DNA of 64,000 nt from the NCBI RefSeq assembly GCF_006345805.1, contig NC_042998.1:134044001-134108000 (forward strand), given 5' to 3'. The notes below the pieces were generated by a model. The model did not search any database. It was not told where the DNA came from and saw only the letters and a program-made list of their open reading frames with translations. The position numbers were made by a program, and so were the translations under genes. How positions within the stretch are numbered: position 1 is the first letter of the stretch; each line of letters opens with the position of its first letter. This document shows positions 39,396 to 54,269 of this stretch, in pieces. Source of the stretch: Octopus sinensis. Its lineage: Eukaryota.

Positions 39396-39699
39396 CTATA
39401 TTCGGATAAAGCTATTACGTTCACAAAGATGTAGAATGTCGTCAGTAACGGCTCTCGAACAGATTTTATCAAAGGAATCTGGCTGAGATGTTTTTCAGTG
39501 CCTTCAGTCAATCTTTCTTGGGATCTTTCAATTGCATTTGATATCATCTTTTATGATGTTCACTGTGTTTGGTTATGTTTTCGTATAATAGTTTCCTTAA
39601 TTTATACGTTGTTTGTGGTGAATATTTCCTGGTTCATTTGCTGAAAATCGCAAGTGAGTTCTTTAGTATCTTTGTTTCTACATGTTTGCAACATGGCAG

Positions 39700-40150
39700 G
39701 TTAAGCCAAATTAAGTCACCCACTCCTTTTTATTTATCCCTAAAAAACTTTCTTGGCAACAACAAAGCAGCCAATTTCAAGGAAATTGTCGAAAAAATGC
39801 TCTGGTCTTTTCATCGACTGCAAAATGAGCTGGGAAACATCAGCGATGAACAGGGAGAAAGTTTCCACCAAAATATGAGGGTAATAGAGGAGAGATATCA
39901 ATGTAGATGGGTGTGAATATGATGGCTGATTACTGTTGGAGAATAAAAAGGGACTGCCCAACGATAGAACATTCAAGAATGTCTAAGAAACAGAGTATTC
40001 TTCCTTCATAATGGCCTTTGACTTTAGAGATATGTTATGTGCATATAATTTGCAGATTTTGCTGTGGTTAAAATTCTGAAGTAATAGAATAGACTGACCC
40101 TTGCGCTCCTTTTGTATTCTCTCTATCATAGGAAAAAAAAACACCCTTGT
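39700..40150 (+). mobile_element. DNA transposon 3' end, probably CMC/Chapaev3-like
   Basis: LGNISDEQGESFHQNMRVIEERYQCRW..MMADYCWRIKRDCP. The family assignment comes from memory of the motif and needs a search. Confidence 0.65.
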
Positions 40151-41884
40151 TTCTATCCGAAATCTTACTACTATAACGGTGGGTTGCCAATTTATATGGT
40201 GATTGTTCCCCCGAGTAGAATTCGGAATCCACGTCGGTTGGTCGCCAATTTATAACAGTGTGTCACCAATTTATAACACCGTTGGTATTGAGAAGAATAA
40301 CAAGTGGCAATTTATAACAGTGGAAAATTACCTATAACAATTAGATAATTTAATCTGTTTATAACGTGTTCGACTTGAAAATAAAATTAATATAAATATT
40401 TCTTTAGCAGGAATCTATCGTGATAAATCCGTCACTTATAACTTAATTATAAGTATTCTATCACCATATATAAATTCTAGCTCAGACTACATAAACGCTG
40501 TGGTGAGTTGTATACACCTGGACGCTGAACGTGCATGTATGTTGAATATAAATAAACTCACTCTTTTTCACCGCTATAATAACAGTTTCAGTAGTTACAA
40601 AAGTAAATTTCATCAACAGGTTGAAGAAATGCAGATAAATCATTTACTAGATTAATTTATTTACGTTCATTTGATATTTACAATATATTTTTATAAGAGA
40701 AGTCAAAAGAAGACTGTCGTAGAAAATTTACGACATAAAAATTATATTAACTAATCTTTCATAACTAAGCTACAAAAAGTTTTAAACAACAATTCAAAAT
40801 AGCGTTGTTGAATTAGACAAAAGACTTGGCATGGTAATAACCAAATCTCAGGAAAGTGAGTATCGTGGAATCAAGTAGACAACCAAGGAACACTGATTTA
40901 TTTCCCAAAATTCAGGGTTTTTATAACTGCTGATATCTGAATTCTAAGAATCGTATTTCGTGAAAGATTTCTCTTTGACGAAAGTTAGAATTCAAATATG
41001 GGCAGTAATTTTAACCAATGGGAAACTAATAATTATACCTATTCGGCCAACATGACCATGACGTCAAATTACCGCCGATAAAGATTTATTAAGACTTGCT
41101 ACACTACAATTAAATTATCTATGCACAAAATCGGCTATATTCATAATTTTACAATATTTAATACAAGGGAAGAGTGATAATGAAGCATTTTTCAAATTTT
41201 GGCCAACTGCTCCAAAGTCAGACCAGGATATAAAATCAAGGAAAACTGCATTTTTATGAAAATCCACCGTAATGTCTACAAAGATCCTGACATGATTGGT
41301 GAAAACGATTGGTGAAAAAGAAGTATATATCTAGATTCAACTCAAACATGTGCTTCAGAAATGCTTGTCTATTCAACAGAAACATTTCTGCCCCAAGTTC
41401 TGTAGACCTGTGTAATATACTCAATCGGTATACACCAAGAATCTATAGAGCGATGTGGACACAATAAAAATTATGAGGTTTCTTCTCAAGAAGATACTGA
41501 TTTATTCTGGACGAAAACTGAGATTGAAAAAAAGTGAGTTAACCAGGAATCGATCAAGCTAGAATAAATTTTTTGAATGTCCCTACATTACATCAAAAGT
41601 AACCAGTTTCGTTCATTAATATCCATACAGAGAGCTTTCTGGTAAAAATCGATAAGAAAATGTAGCACAACAGATCATCAAATGAAAGGCTTTCTGCTAT
41701 CAGCAGAAGGGCATGCACATTAGCTCTGGTTAAATGGGATGCTTTTGCTATCCAGGAACTAAAAATAATAACAAAATATTTGATGCAGAAGATCGATAGA
41801 AACGCAAATAAAACCATCTCTTCCCTTGCTTAAAGTATAGTAAAATTATGAAATATAGCTGATTATTCTGTGCTTATATAGATT

Positions 41885-42290
41885 ACCTGTTTCGGTCAGA
41901 AATACGGACGGTTTTTGCCTATGTTAGAGAAAATACAGAAGGACGCCTATGGCTGTTTTTTATTCTATTGATATAAAATCTTAATCACAGCAAAATCTGC
42001 AAATTATGCGTATATAACATGATATCCCCAAAAAATGTCAAATGTCATTATGAAGGAAGAAAACTCTTTTTTTTAGACATCCTTAAATGTTTTAGTATCG
42101 GGCAGTCTCTTTTTATACTCCAACAGTAACCAGCCATCATATTCACGCCTAATGTCCATTCATATCTTTCCTCTATGAAAATGTAACTTCCATCATGAGA
42201 AGCTACCTGCAAATCTCATCAGCATGCTGCTATGTTCAAAACATTGTGCCCTGCAATCTTTAGAAAGAATTGTCCAGAAAACAAAAACAT
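41885..42290 (-). mobile_element. Second, inverted copy of the same transposon 3' end
   Basis: Its reverse complement aligns to about 39880-40150 (diverged). Confidence 0.7.
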
Positions 42291-42686
42291 AAGAAATTAG
42301 TTTCGCGGAGGGTGTACTCATTCATTATAAGAAAGTAGACTATTAGAATACTCTTGTTAAAATCTCAGTAAAATGTTGGCATAATAGATCAGCAAATGAT
42401 CCGGGATGAAGTAAGTGCCCGTAATTTCGAAAATCAGTTGCTCAACGGGCAATAAAAATATCTTATAAAAATACAAAACAAAGAAAACATACCTAGCCCG
42501 TACTACAGCTTTAGATTTATATCTGTAATTATTGGGGAAATGTGTACCTGTAATTACTGGGGGGATGCCTAATGAAATAGCTCTTCACAAATCTTGATAA
42601 GCTGGGTTTCACAAAATCAGAAAGGACACAGCTAATTAAGCAATTACAATGCAAAAACTATAAAACATTCCAGTTTAGCCACTAAT

Positions 42687-42731
<45 letters not shown>

Positions 42732-43670
42732 GCAGTTTCCAACCTCAAAACTCATTGAAACCTAGACAACACTTAACAAGGCAGTCATTTATGCATGCAT
42801 GCTTGTATGTATGTATGTATGTATGTATGTATGTATGTATGTATGTATGTATGTATGTATGTACGCATGTATGTATGTATGTATGTATGTATGTATGTAT
42901 GTATGTATGTATGTATGTATGTGTGTGTGTATGTATGTATGTGTGTATGTATGTAGGCATGCATGCATACATATATATGTAAATTGACGTGTCACCACAC
43001 GTGTATGATTGCTCCCATGCATGTCCTGTATGGATCTAAGTTTTGCCTTATGTTTAAGTACATACACGCATGTATATCTTTTATCTTTTATTTATTTCAG
43101 TCACTAGACTGCGACCATGCTGGGGCACCACCTTGAAGAATTTAATCGAACGAATTGACACCAGTCCTTATATATATATTCTTTTTCCACTTACATTGAT
43201 CAAATATTGGTCTCAAATTTTGGCGCACGTCTTCAGTTCCCGATTGTAGACATCTCACTTCTCTTTACATACCTTTTGCAGTACCGGAACAAATATTCAG
43301 AAGCCACCCGGATTTCTGGATTTTCCGGTTTTCTGGAGACAACCTAAATATACACTTAAAATATGAAATAATCTATGAAGAGTAAAGAACTAAATTGTAT
43401 TTAACAGATTCAAATTAATACAATTCTAAAACAGGATTTGTTTGAAATTTATTAATTAATCCGCTTAAAATTTGTAAAATATATCATACACACTGTGTTA
43501 TGTATCCAGTATGGTATTTATAAGATGAAAATTAAACGTAGAAAAGCAAAGAACATGACTTTATTTAATAGATACAAGTACAAATTAATCTGCTTGTAAT
43601 GTTTAGTTTTTATCAATTCACAAAAAATGGGTTTAAAAAGTTATTTTAAACAAACCATCTACAAAATCAC

Positions 43671-43942
43671 GCCATGATAGATTGTTAACTCCTACACGCA
43701 TTTTTTTCTCTCCTTGTTTTTTCTCTCCTTTTTTCTCTCCTTTTTTCTCTCCCTTTTTTCTCTCCATTTTTCTCTCCTCGTTTCTCTCCTTGTTTTTTTT
43801 CTGTGTATCTTTCTGTCGAAGAGCGTAGGCTCGAAACGTAAAAGACTTTTTCTATTTCTATTCCTGAGCGCTATACTAATACATTTGTTTGTTTGTACTA
43901 CACCTGCCTTCGTCTTTTGTTTATTTTCGTAAACTTTCCCGT
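43671..43942 (+). mobile_element. Solo 272-bp pLTR/retrozyme-like element with 11-bp TSD and variant HHR (43808-43845)
   Basis: TACAAAATCAC at 43660-43670 and 43943-43953; TCTTT CTGTCGA A GAGC-GTAG-GCTC GAAA CG TA AAAGA. Confidence 0.75.
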
Positions 43943-44882
43943 TACAAAATCACAGTCTGTTTACACAATACAGGGTACAGTATATTACCTGATATAGTTC
44001 AGTGTTTCTGAATTTCTGAAAGCCGGATACGACATTCCTATATACTCAGTACAGTGTACAGTATATATTGCCCGATATCGTACAGATTTCCCGGATTTCT
44101 GGAAGTTCCGAATTTCTCGAAGCCAGATAAGATGCCCGTGTTACTAATGGCACTTGAAATAAAATATGACTACGTATGTATACGCAGAGAGAGAGAGAGA
44201 GAGAGAGAGGAAGGAGAGAGAGGAAGTTCAATCAATTCAGTTTTTCTTATTTTGTTTTTTTATTTACATTTTTCCCTTATTTTTCTTTTCCATGGTTACA
44301 TAAGCTTTTAGCATACCTATGTAAATGCTTTAATGTTTCAACATACACATAAACCGTCTATAAATTATAAAATTGTACAAAAGCAATTCCTTAACAATTA
44401 CAATCAACATTTCTTTTTAACTTTCACACGCGTACAGAAAAAGAGAGGAAGATAAAATGTGTGTGCTGGTGGTGGTAGGTGGGCGGGGATCATGGTAAGA
44501 GACAAAAGGAGAGACGGGGGTTTGTGCATAATCTACGTTATGATAGAAACGAAATAGCATTCAGTAAGCAATGTTTTAATTGTATTGAACCGTACATACA
44601 TATAGGTACGAAATGCTGACGTCTCTTTTGGTTATAGTTATTTGTTCTTGTTTTTCGGACGAGATTGTTATGAACACACGAACGAAGATTATAAAATACA
44701 AACGCGCTTAAACTCAAGACAAACACACAAAACTACGCGCACACATATGTAATATACATACACACATATATACATATATATAAGTATATATATATATATG
44801 GATGTATATATATATATATTATATATATATATATATATATAGATATATATATATATATAGATAGATAGATAGATAGATAGAT

Positions 44883-44922
<40 letters not shown>

Positions 44923-44942
44923 GTACATACATATATAGATAG

Positions 44943-45056
<114 letters not shown>

Positions 45057-45502
45057 TATATATACAACTAATGTAGGATGAAAGTTTTTTCGAAAAAAAT
45101 TCTATCAATGGCCAGCATATTAAAAAATACCTTTAAAGGTTAAATTTATAAATAACTTATAAAATAAGGGCAAAAGAAAAGTTCTAATGCCAAATGTGCC
45201 GAAAAACGACAAAATTGTCAATACGGTAATAACGGATTTTTTTTAGAAATTTCTATCGGCTTGTTTCGATTTTAGAACATTTATAAATGTTCTATCTTCA
45301 CAGCCTTGTTTTTTATATCTCATTCTGAATCTTCACAGCCTTGGTTTTTTTATCTCATTCTGAAAAAAAAAATTATAGCTACACATGCTGATATATCACC
45401 TACGTTGGACCCCTTATTCGCATAATCACCGAACCTGGAGCTTAACTATGGTCTATCCATAGCACTTACTCAGCATTACCTGACATCATTACCTCTCATA
45501 AC

Positions 45503-45559
<57 letters not shown>

Positions 45560-46225
45560 TGTAAACATACAAAACATACATTTATAAATATGTATGTGTG
45601 TATGCATGCATGAATGGACGTATGCATACATGCTTGCATGTATGTGTGTGCTTACTTTTGTGCGTTTGTCTTATGTTTAACCATAGTGAAGTATACATTT
45701 GGTTCCCATTATGCTGAAATGTAAATTCAAGCATATTGCTTTGGTTGGCCCACAACCATTCATACATTAATAGTGTATGTATATTCACACATACACACAA
45801 GTACATATGTGTGTGTGTGTGTATAAACATATATATATATATATATATGCACACTTACACATGCATACATATATGTATGCATAAATACATGCAGGCATGT
45901 ATGTGTATATATATATATGTATGTATGTTTGTATGTATGTATATATTCATATGACTTCTATGTAAATTATGGTTTCCGGCCTTGTATGTCTCCATCAGAA
46001 ACTCATGACTATGTAACAAGGACCAGTAAATCTACTTCAAGCCGATAAACCAGTTTTAGATATGACTGCATTATCAAGGGATCTAGTATATAGCGAGAGA
46101 ACGATTGATACGGCAGTAATGGTGAATATGATCGATTAGAAATGTCTTGGTTACCGATTGCGTATGTTTAGTGTACAGGTGTGTGTGTGTGAGGAGAGAG
46201 AGTGTGTTTAACTCAATATAGTCTC

Positions 46226-46285
<60 letters not shown>

Positions 46286-46547
46286 TGTAGCTGTGTGTTT
46301 CTGGACATATGGTTTCATTAGATGTTTTTTTGTGTTTGTGTCTGTTGTTCTTTGTACGAGAGCAAATGCGTATGAGAGTATGTATATGCGCGCGCGTCTT
46401 AACACCGTATTTGTGTATTTGGCAAACCTCTTACGAAGCAAATTTATGATGCAAGTTCGGTTTCTTGTTGTATCTGTTTCCTTGGAAAAGCATGCATATC
46501 ACCGCTCCTTATTCTCTACTTTTTAGTCAATAGAACTGATCATCTTC

Positions 46548-46944
46548 AAGCGGCGAGCTGGCAGAAGCGCTAGCACGCCGGTCGAAATGCGTAGCCGTAT
46601 TTCGTCTGCCGTTACGTTCTGAGTTCAAATTCCGCCGAGGTCGACTTTGCCTTTCATCCTTTCGGGGTCGATTAAATAAGTACCAGTTACGCACTGGGGT
46701 CGATATAATCGACTTAATCCGTTAGTCTGTCCTTGTTTGTCCTCTCTGTGTTTAGCCCCTTGTGGGTAGTGAAGAAATAGGTATTTCGTCTGCCGCTACG
46801 TTTTGAGTTCAAATTCCGCCGAGGTCGATTTTGCCTTTCATCCTTTCGGGGTCGATAAATTAAGTACCAGTTGCGTACTGGGGTCGGTCTAGTCGACTGA
46901 TCCCCTCCCTCAAAATTTCAGGCTTTGTGTCTAGAGTAGAAAAG
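46548..46944 (+). mobile_element. Dimeric SINE (full A-tailA plus partial head-core-tailB) with 15-bp TSD
   Basis: TSD AATAGA(A/G)CTGATCAT at 46529-43 / 46945-59; junction GAAATA|GGTATTTCG at 46779/80. Confidence 0.9.
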
Positions 46945-47282
46945 AATAGAGCTGATCATTTGTTAAAGGATATCTCTAGTCAAGCAGTTCTGTGTGAGAT
47001 AAATAAGCATATATCCATTGATTATGGAGCTGTTTTACTGGGGAAGACCATTCCTGTATTTAAACAGATTCTATTAAACTACATTAATTCATCAAATGCA
47101 TTAAAATTCTATATTTCTTCTACATTTTGACTATTATTAATAATTAATGCATGTCATTGTACTCCGCTTATTTGAAATCAGAACCAAGAAATTAGTACCT
47201 TGGTATTTGATATACTTTTATTCATCTTTGCTGTTCAAATACGAGCTAATTTCACTCTGACTTGTATCTCTAGCCAGATCAG

Positions 47283-47616
47283 AAACACAGGCGTGCGGCT
47301 ATGAACTCCTCCCCCATCCCCCTACTCTCCTGACCTTGCACCCTCTGATTTTCACCTCTTCCCAGCCATGAAGTTGTTTTTGAAAGGAAAGCGTTTCCCA
47401 GATGATGCAGCCTTGATTTCTGAAGTCGGGTCGTGGTTGGAGGACCAAGCTGGGGTCTTCTACAAAAACGGTATCCAGAGCTGCATCAAACGATGGGGGA
47501 AATGCGTAACTCTGGGTGGTTCCTATGTAAAAAAAAAGACTAATAACTGTGCCAAGTTTCGTTGCTCTACTGCTATGGGAAGTGGGTCAGGGGCATTACT
47601 TATTGAACGCCCCTCG
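47283..47616 (+). mobile_element. mariner 3' fragment (different subfamily)
   Basis: GYELLPHPPYSPDLAPSDFHLFPAMKLFLKGKRF...RWGKCV..GGSYV; TIR TTATTGAACGCCCCTCG|TA. Confidence 0.9.
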
Positions 47617-48872
47617 TATATATATTACAAAAAGAAAATGGTAATAAGTAGAAATTCATACAACTTGTGTTTTTTAAATGATTACAATGACTGTACAACA
47701 ATGTAATTGTTTTAGTCCCATCACACAATTTTAGATCACTTGCCAAACAAGTGCAACTCAAGATAAAACGTTTCTTATTTGTGTCGTAATTTGAAAATGT
47801 TAGTTCTCAGCAGCACTAAAAAAGCGAGGTAGCATATTCAACAGGTATTTTGGGCGTAGACGCGATATTTCTACATTTTCCCATATTTCATCGGAATTTA
47901 AGATTCCGGTCTATTATTTTCTAAGATGTCAACCAATTCTATCTCTGTTTGGAGACGCCAAACAAGTTTTAGTATGAGACCAAGGTTCTCAGAATCTACT
48001 GACATTTCATTATAGTCTTCCATCAGACAATCTGGAACAGTTGCGTATAATGTACTGTCACATCTAAATGTGTTGTTTTTAGCCTGTTTATAAACTGCAT
48101 TTCGTGTGTGTGTGTGTATGTGTGTGTGTGTGTGTGTGTGTGAGTGTGTGTTGCACGGAGGGAGAGGCACCCTTTGTTACATTTCTAAGTTTCCCGTTAC
48201 CGTTTTCCACAGTAAAAATTGAATAAACTATGTTACATGTACTGAATAATTTTTTTCCACTTGTTAGTAAATCGAAACACATCCATTCATTCATCCATAC
48301 ATACATACACACATACAATATTAATTACATAGTGTTTAGCTAAATAAATAAATAAACGTTCTGATGGCCTATCTGTTTTGTTTTTTTCTTCTTTTTTTTT
48401 CATACGTCAAAATTTAGTTTTACTTTGCAAATTAAATTACACGAAAAGACAGAACTTCAGTGGAACTCTTTTCTGATTAAACTCCCAACAAATAAATTAT
48501 CTCTATGATAATCAACGAACTTCAGAACAGATCAGATTTACACTGTATATCTCATCATCAGATTGAAATATGTAATGAAATAAGCAATGGCGTTAGACAT
48601 TATTCAAATGCAATTGATATAAAAACTTTTATAATGTATCACTTAACACAAATTTTGATTACACATTCAAACGGCAATGAAAGGAAAAAATAAATTCTTT
48701 GAACGTGACAGTTTTTTTACTTTCTTTCTTTCTTTGTTTGTTTTTGAAGTAACACAGCAAATACTTCTTGTTCAGTGAGTGTCTGCACCGTCTATGCATA
48801 TACACTTACTAGATTATGTAAATTCAGTTTCTTTACCGTTTTTTTTAAGATAGTGAAGATGTCAATTCTATA

Positions 48873-50475
<1,603 letters not shown>

Positions 50476-50504
50476 TATGTTCTTGCCGAAAGGGTACAAA
50501 AAAT

Positions 50505-50940
50505 AACGAGATACAAGGCTTGAAATTTACGTGGGAAAGGCCAGTCGATTACATCAACCCCAGTATTTGACTGGTACTTATTTTATCGACCCCGAAAGAA
50601 TGAATGGTAAAATCGACCTCGGCGAAATTTGAACCCGGAAAGTAAAACAGGAAGAAATACCGCTAAGCACTTTATCCAGCATGCTAACGATTCTGTCCGT
50701 TCGCCGCCTTCAGTCTACTATGACAGTTTTGGTTTCTAATTTTGGCACAAGGTCAGCAATTTCGAGGAAGAGAGTAAGCCGATTACATTGAACACCGGTA
50801 CTCAACTGGTACTTATTTTATCGACCACGAAAGAATGGAAAGCAAAGTCAACCTCAGCGGAATTTGAAACCAGACATACGAAATGCCGCTAAGCATTTTG
50901 TTCGGCGTGCTAACCATTCTGCTAAGCTTGCCGCCTTCGT
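50505..50940 (-). mobile_element. Two tandem SINE family A (tail B) copies
   Basis: About 50505-50710 and 50730-50940, each with core and head. Confidence 0.8.
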
Positions 50941-51477
50941 GTACTATTATAACAATAATCGAAAATGTGCACACCTAAATAGTATTAATAATTACAGGAG
51001 ATACATTCAAAGCGCTATCGAATTACAAATATCTTCATTTTAGCATATTTGCAGGAATTTTTTCTCTTAGATTGAAAACTGATTCAGGTTGTTGATTGGC
51101 TATGGCCCCTTTTAAAAATGGAGTGCATTTATTCTTATTCTTTCACTGCTTGCAGTCACTGCGGAGTGATCATCCTGAGGCCCCAACTTCAAGATTAAAA
51201 TCGATTATATCGAGCATGGTGCCAATATGCTATGAGTTTAAATTCACAACGTAAAAAAATGTAACTAAATGCTATAAGATATTTTCTCCATCGCTCTACC
51301 GATTCTGTACCTATTCACCTCATCTGATTCTAATAATCCTAGCACTTGAACAATGCATTCTTTTATAATTTCCACGTAGGTAAATAGCTTACTTTTTCCA
51401 AGAATATAAGTTACTCTTTAAATTGTTTCCATGATTTCAATTGCTAGCATTATTTATGCTTGGTAGCTAGCATCTTC

Positions 51478-51834
51478 TTAGGTGTAGTTTTTGGTATTCT
51501 CTTTCCAGTTTAGAATATCTGCGATCTTTACATAAAGAAGATAATATTGATGTTCATTGTATTTCTTCAGTGTTGCAAAAGCAGAATTGCCGAATAGACA
51601 CATCAGTTCATCTTCCATAGCAATACCAATAATGCTGCAGTATTAATTCTTCATAGAATGTTCTTTTCTGTGTTCATCTAATGTTCTTTTCTTATTTATG
51701 GACTCGACTGCATAAACAATAAACACTTTTAGAAAATTGTACAAAGATTGAGTTCGAAGATTCAAAGCCAAAGAATATAAATGCTTAAAACTGTCGGAGA
51801 ATAGTACTCGGATGACATCTGGATATGCCAACAT
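51478..51834 (-). pseudogene. Unidentified coding-like relic (119 codons, one internal stop)
   Basis: The ORF at 51643-51834 continues in frame past TAA for 54 more codons (YCSIIGIAMEDELMCLFGNSAFATLKKYNEHQYYLLYVKIADILNWKENTKNYT). Confidence 0.3.
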
Positions 51835-52084
51835 CCTTTAATCACTAAATTTTGGTGTCTAACACAAAAGAGCATAACTGACAACTCTGATTATTGCAAG
51901 TCATGTTGACAGTAATCGGTTACTGGTCAGTAATTGATTACTTTTGGTGATTGTTACTCTTGAGACTTCAATAAACTAATACAAAGGGAAAAATCATTTC
52001 TTTTGCAGAAAATACGTTCACTGTTGAGTGTGTGCTATCGCGTGTGCATGGGGAAAAGGATCAGTGGTCCTTCCCGAGCAATAG

Positions 52085-52303
52085 GCTCATAAGGCCAGTT
52101 TCCCAGATTCTGTGGCGTATCACCCTTGGACGAGACACCGATCTGTCGAAGGAGTACTCATTTTTACCAGCTAAATGGCCTGGGAAAACGTGAAATGAAG
52201 TGTTTTGCTCCAAAGCACAACTTATAACCGGGTCCAGGAATTGAAACATCAATATTAAGATCAGGAGTGCAGCACCCTTAACCACTATGCCACGCGCCTT
52301 CAC
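52085..52303 (-). mobile_element. SINE family C head/core with a different (V-SINE-like) tail
   Basis: Same head TGAAGGCGCGTGGC..AGTGGTTA and core as 27625-27849; tail GTGTCTCGTCCAAGGG...GAAACTGGCCTTATGAGCC. Confidence 0.7.
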
Positions 52304-52946
52304 ATGTGTGTATCTATGTATGTGTATATGTATTTCTAGAGAAATAATTATTCATTTTAATGAGGAATAATTAGAGATGACAGATGAGATTGTGTTCATG
52401 TCTTAAAACTATTAACAGCGTTTGTGAAAAGAATTCTATACTGATGCGAGTGATTTACCAACTTTAGATGGTAGATACAATTTTAGGTGCCACATCTAAT
52501 CTGCCATTCGGTTTAACGCATGCATCTGGCCTTTGTATATGCCTTTAATGGGGTCCTCTCTATTGCAAACATTTGCACCATATCTCTATTCCAAGGATAA
52601 CTCGATATCCTGATGCACTGCACCTTTCTCCGTGTCGGGTCACTGTTTGTATGAAGATACACAAAGAAATAGTTTTCCAGCAGAGACCAGCCATCAAACA
52701 CGACAGGGCGCAGGCTTAGTGAGTAACGTCTCGGAAGGTTGCTCTATCCTCTGGCAATCCCCTCTACATATAAGGACTTTTACTAAGCTACATTATGAAA
52801 TGCAACCTCTGAGTTGTATTTTTCTTCTGCTTTACTCCTTTCACTCTCGAACGTCCTTCAATGCTCATGATGCTACCCTTTTCCACTGACTAGCTAACCA
52901 TATAGTACAATAATAGTTTAAAATTTAAGCAAAAATAATGCATTTA

Positions 52947-53369
52947 TACTCTTACTCTCTTTTACTCTTTTACTTGTTTCAGTCATTTGACTGTGGCCAT
53001 GCTGGATCACCGCCTTTAGTCGAGCAAATCGACCCCAGAACTTATTCTTTGTAAGCCTAGTACTTATTCTATCGGTCTCTTTTGCCGAACTGCTATGTTA
53101 CGGGGATGTAAACACACCAGCATCGGTTGTCAAGTGATGTTGGGGGGGACACACACAGACAGACAAACATATGCACACACATATATATATATATATACAT
53201 ATATACTACGGGATTCTTTCAGTTTCCGTCTATCAAATCCACTCATAAGGCTTTGGTCGACCCGAGGTTATAGCAGAAGACACTTGCCCAAGGTGCCACG
53301 CAGTGGGACTGAACTCAGTACCATGTGGTTCGTAAGCAAGCTACTTACCACACAGCCACTCCTACGCCT
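52947..53369 (-). mobile_element. Full-length SINE family B
   Basis: tRNA head, CORE-like segment GCACCTTGGGCAAGTGTCTTCT, internal microsatellite, tail and (TTTTACTC)n-type end. Confidence 0.9.
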
Positions 53370-54269
53370 AAATAAAATTCTGAAACGGTAATGCCTTTGA
53401 CATGGGCTTAAATAAAAAAAATATATATTGTGAATCAAGAACTAAAAACATCTCGAACTGGTCTGCGTCTATTGTAATGGCTTCCTTGTGTGAAAGAGGT
53501 GCATATTCTACTATATCTAATCTGCAATATTACTTATACTTATTTTATCAATATTCAAGAGATGATAAGCAAAACTAAGTCTGCCTGCATTTTAACGCAG
53601 TGCAGTTACGTATCAAAATTTTTGAAGAGAAAAGTGAAATCAACTGGCTTTAATCGAAATTCGGCTGCATGAATATCTTATAGTACACCATGACAGTCAT
53701 AATGATGTCCTCTCACAAGTCATACAGCCAGTTTCTGCAAGTGAAAAGTGTGCTCGACTAAAAGGAAAACATGTCAACTCCAGTATTTATTATTGCAAAT
53801 GATTAGGTTAAGGATTTGCATTTAAACACATTGAAGTGTCCGACATAAAGAATGTATAAAGTCAGATATCGGTTTTCATATAAAAGTTTATCTGACTCAT
53901 GTAACTCCTTATATCTGCACGATTCGCTTTGTTGAATGTATGTATTTATCCTTTAATCCTAAATTAGCAATCCATAAATATGATTTAAAAATTAGTTTAT
54001 TAGTTAGTTACTTGAAGGCTACTTGATGTTACCCGGTAAATCATTATTCAACAATTTTTCCCTTTAATGCTAAGTCAGCGATCGATAAATCTTGATTTCA
54101 TAATTAGTTGGTTGAGTAGATAGTTATTAGAAGGTTACTCGGCGTTGCCCGGTAAATAAGAACTCGTAGTTTAAGCTTTTCCAGGTCCTCTTTCTTTTCT
54201 CTTTGTCAATGTATTTTTCATTCCCAAACGGGAATGAGAATCATGGAAACCTTCCAGGAATTCATTATT

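Noticed and set aside
39700-42290. Composite transposon formed by the two Chapaev3-like copies
   Set aside because: Both 3' ends face inwards, so they could not mobilise the enclosed DNA as a unit.
45293-45363. About 35-bp tandem duplication
   Set aside because: Ordinary local duplication.
52480-52800. Possible RTE-like coding relic
   Set aside because: Only a vague motif resemblance (RLLxIxWQ) after assuming several frameshifts.
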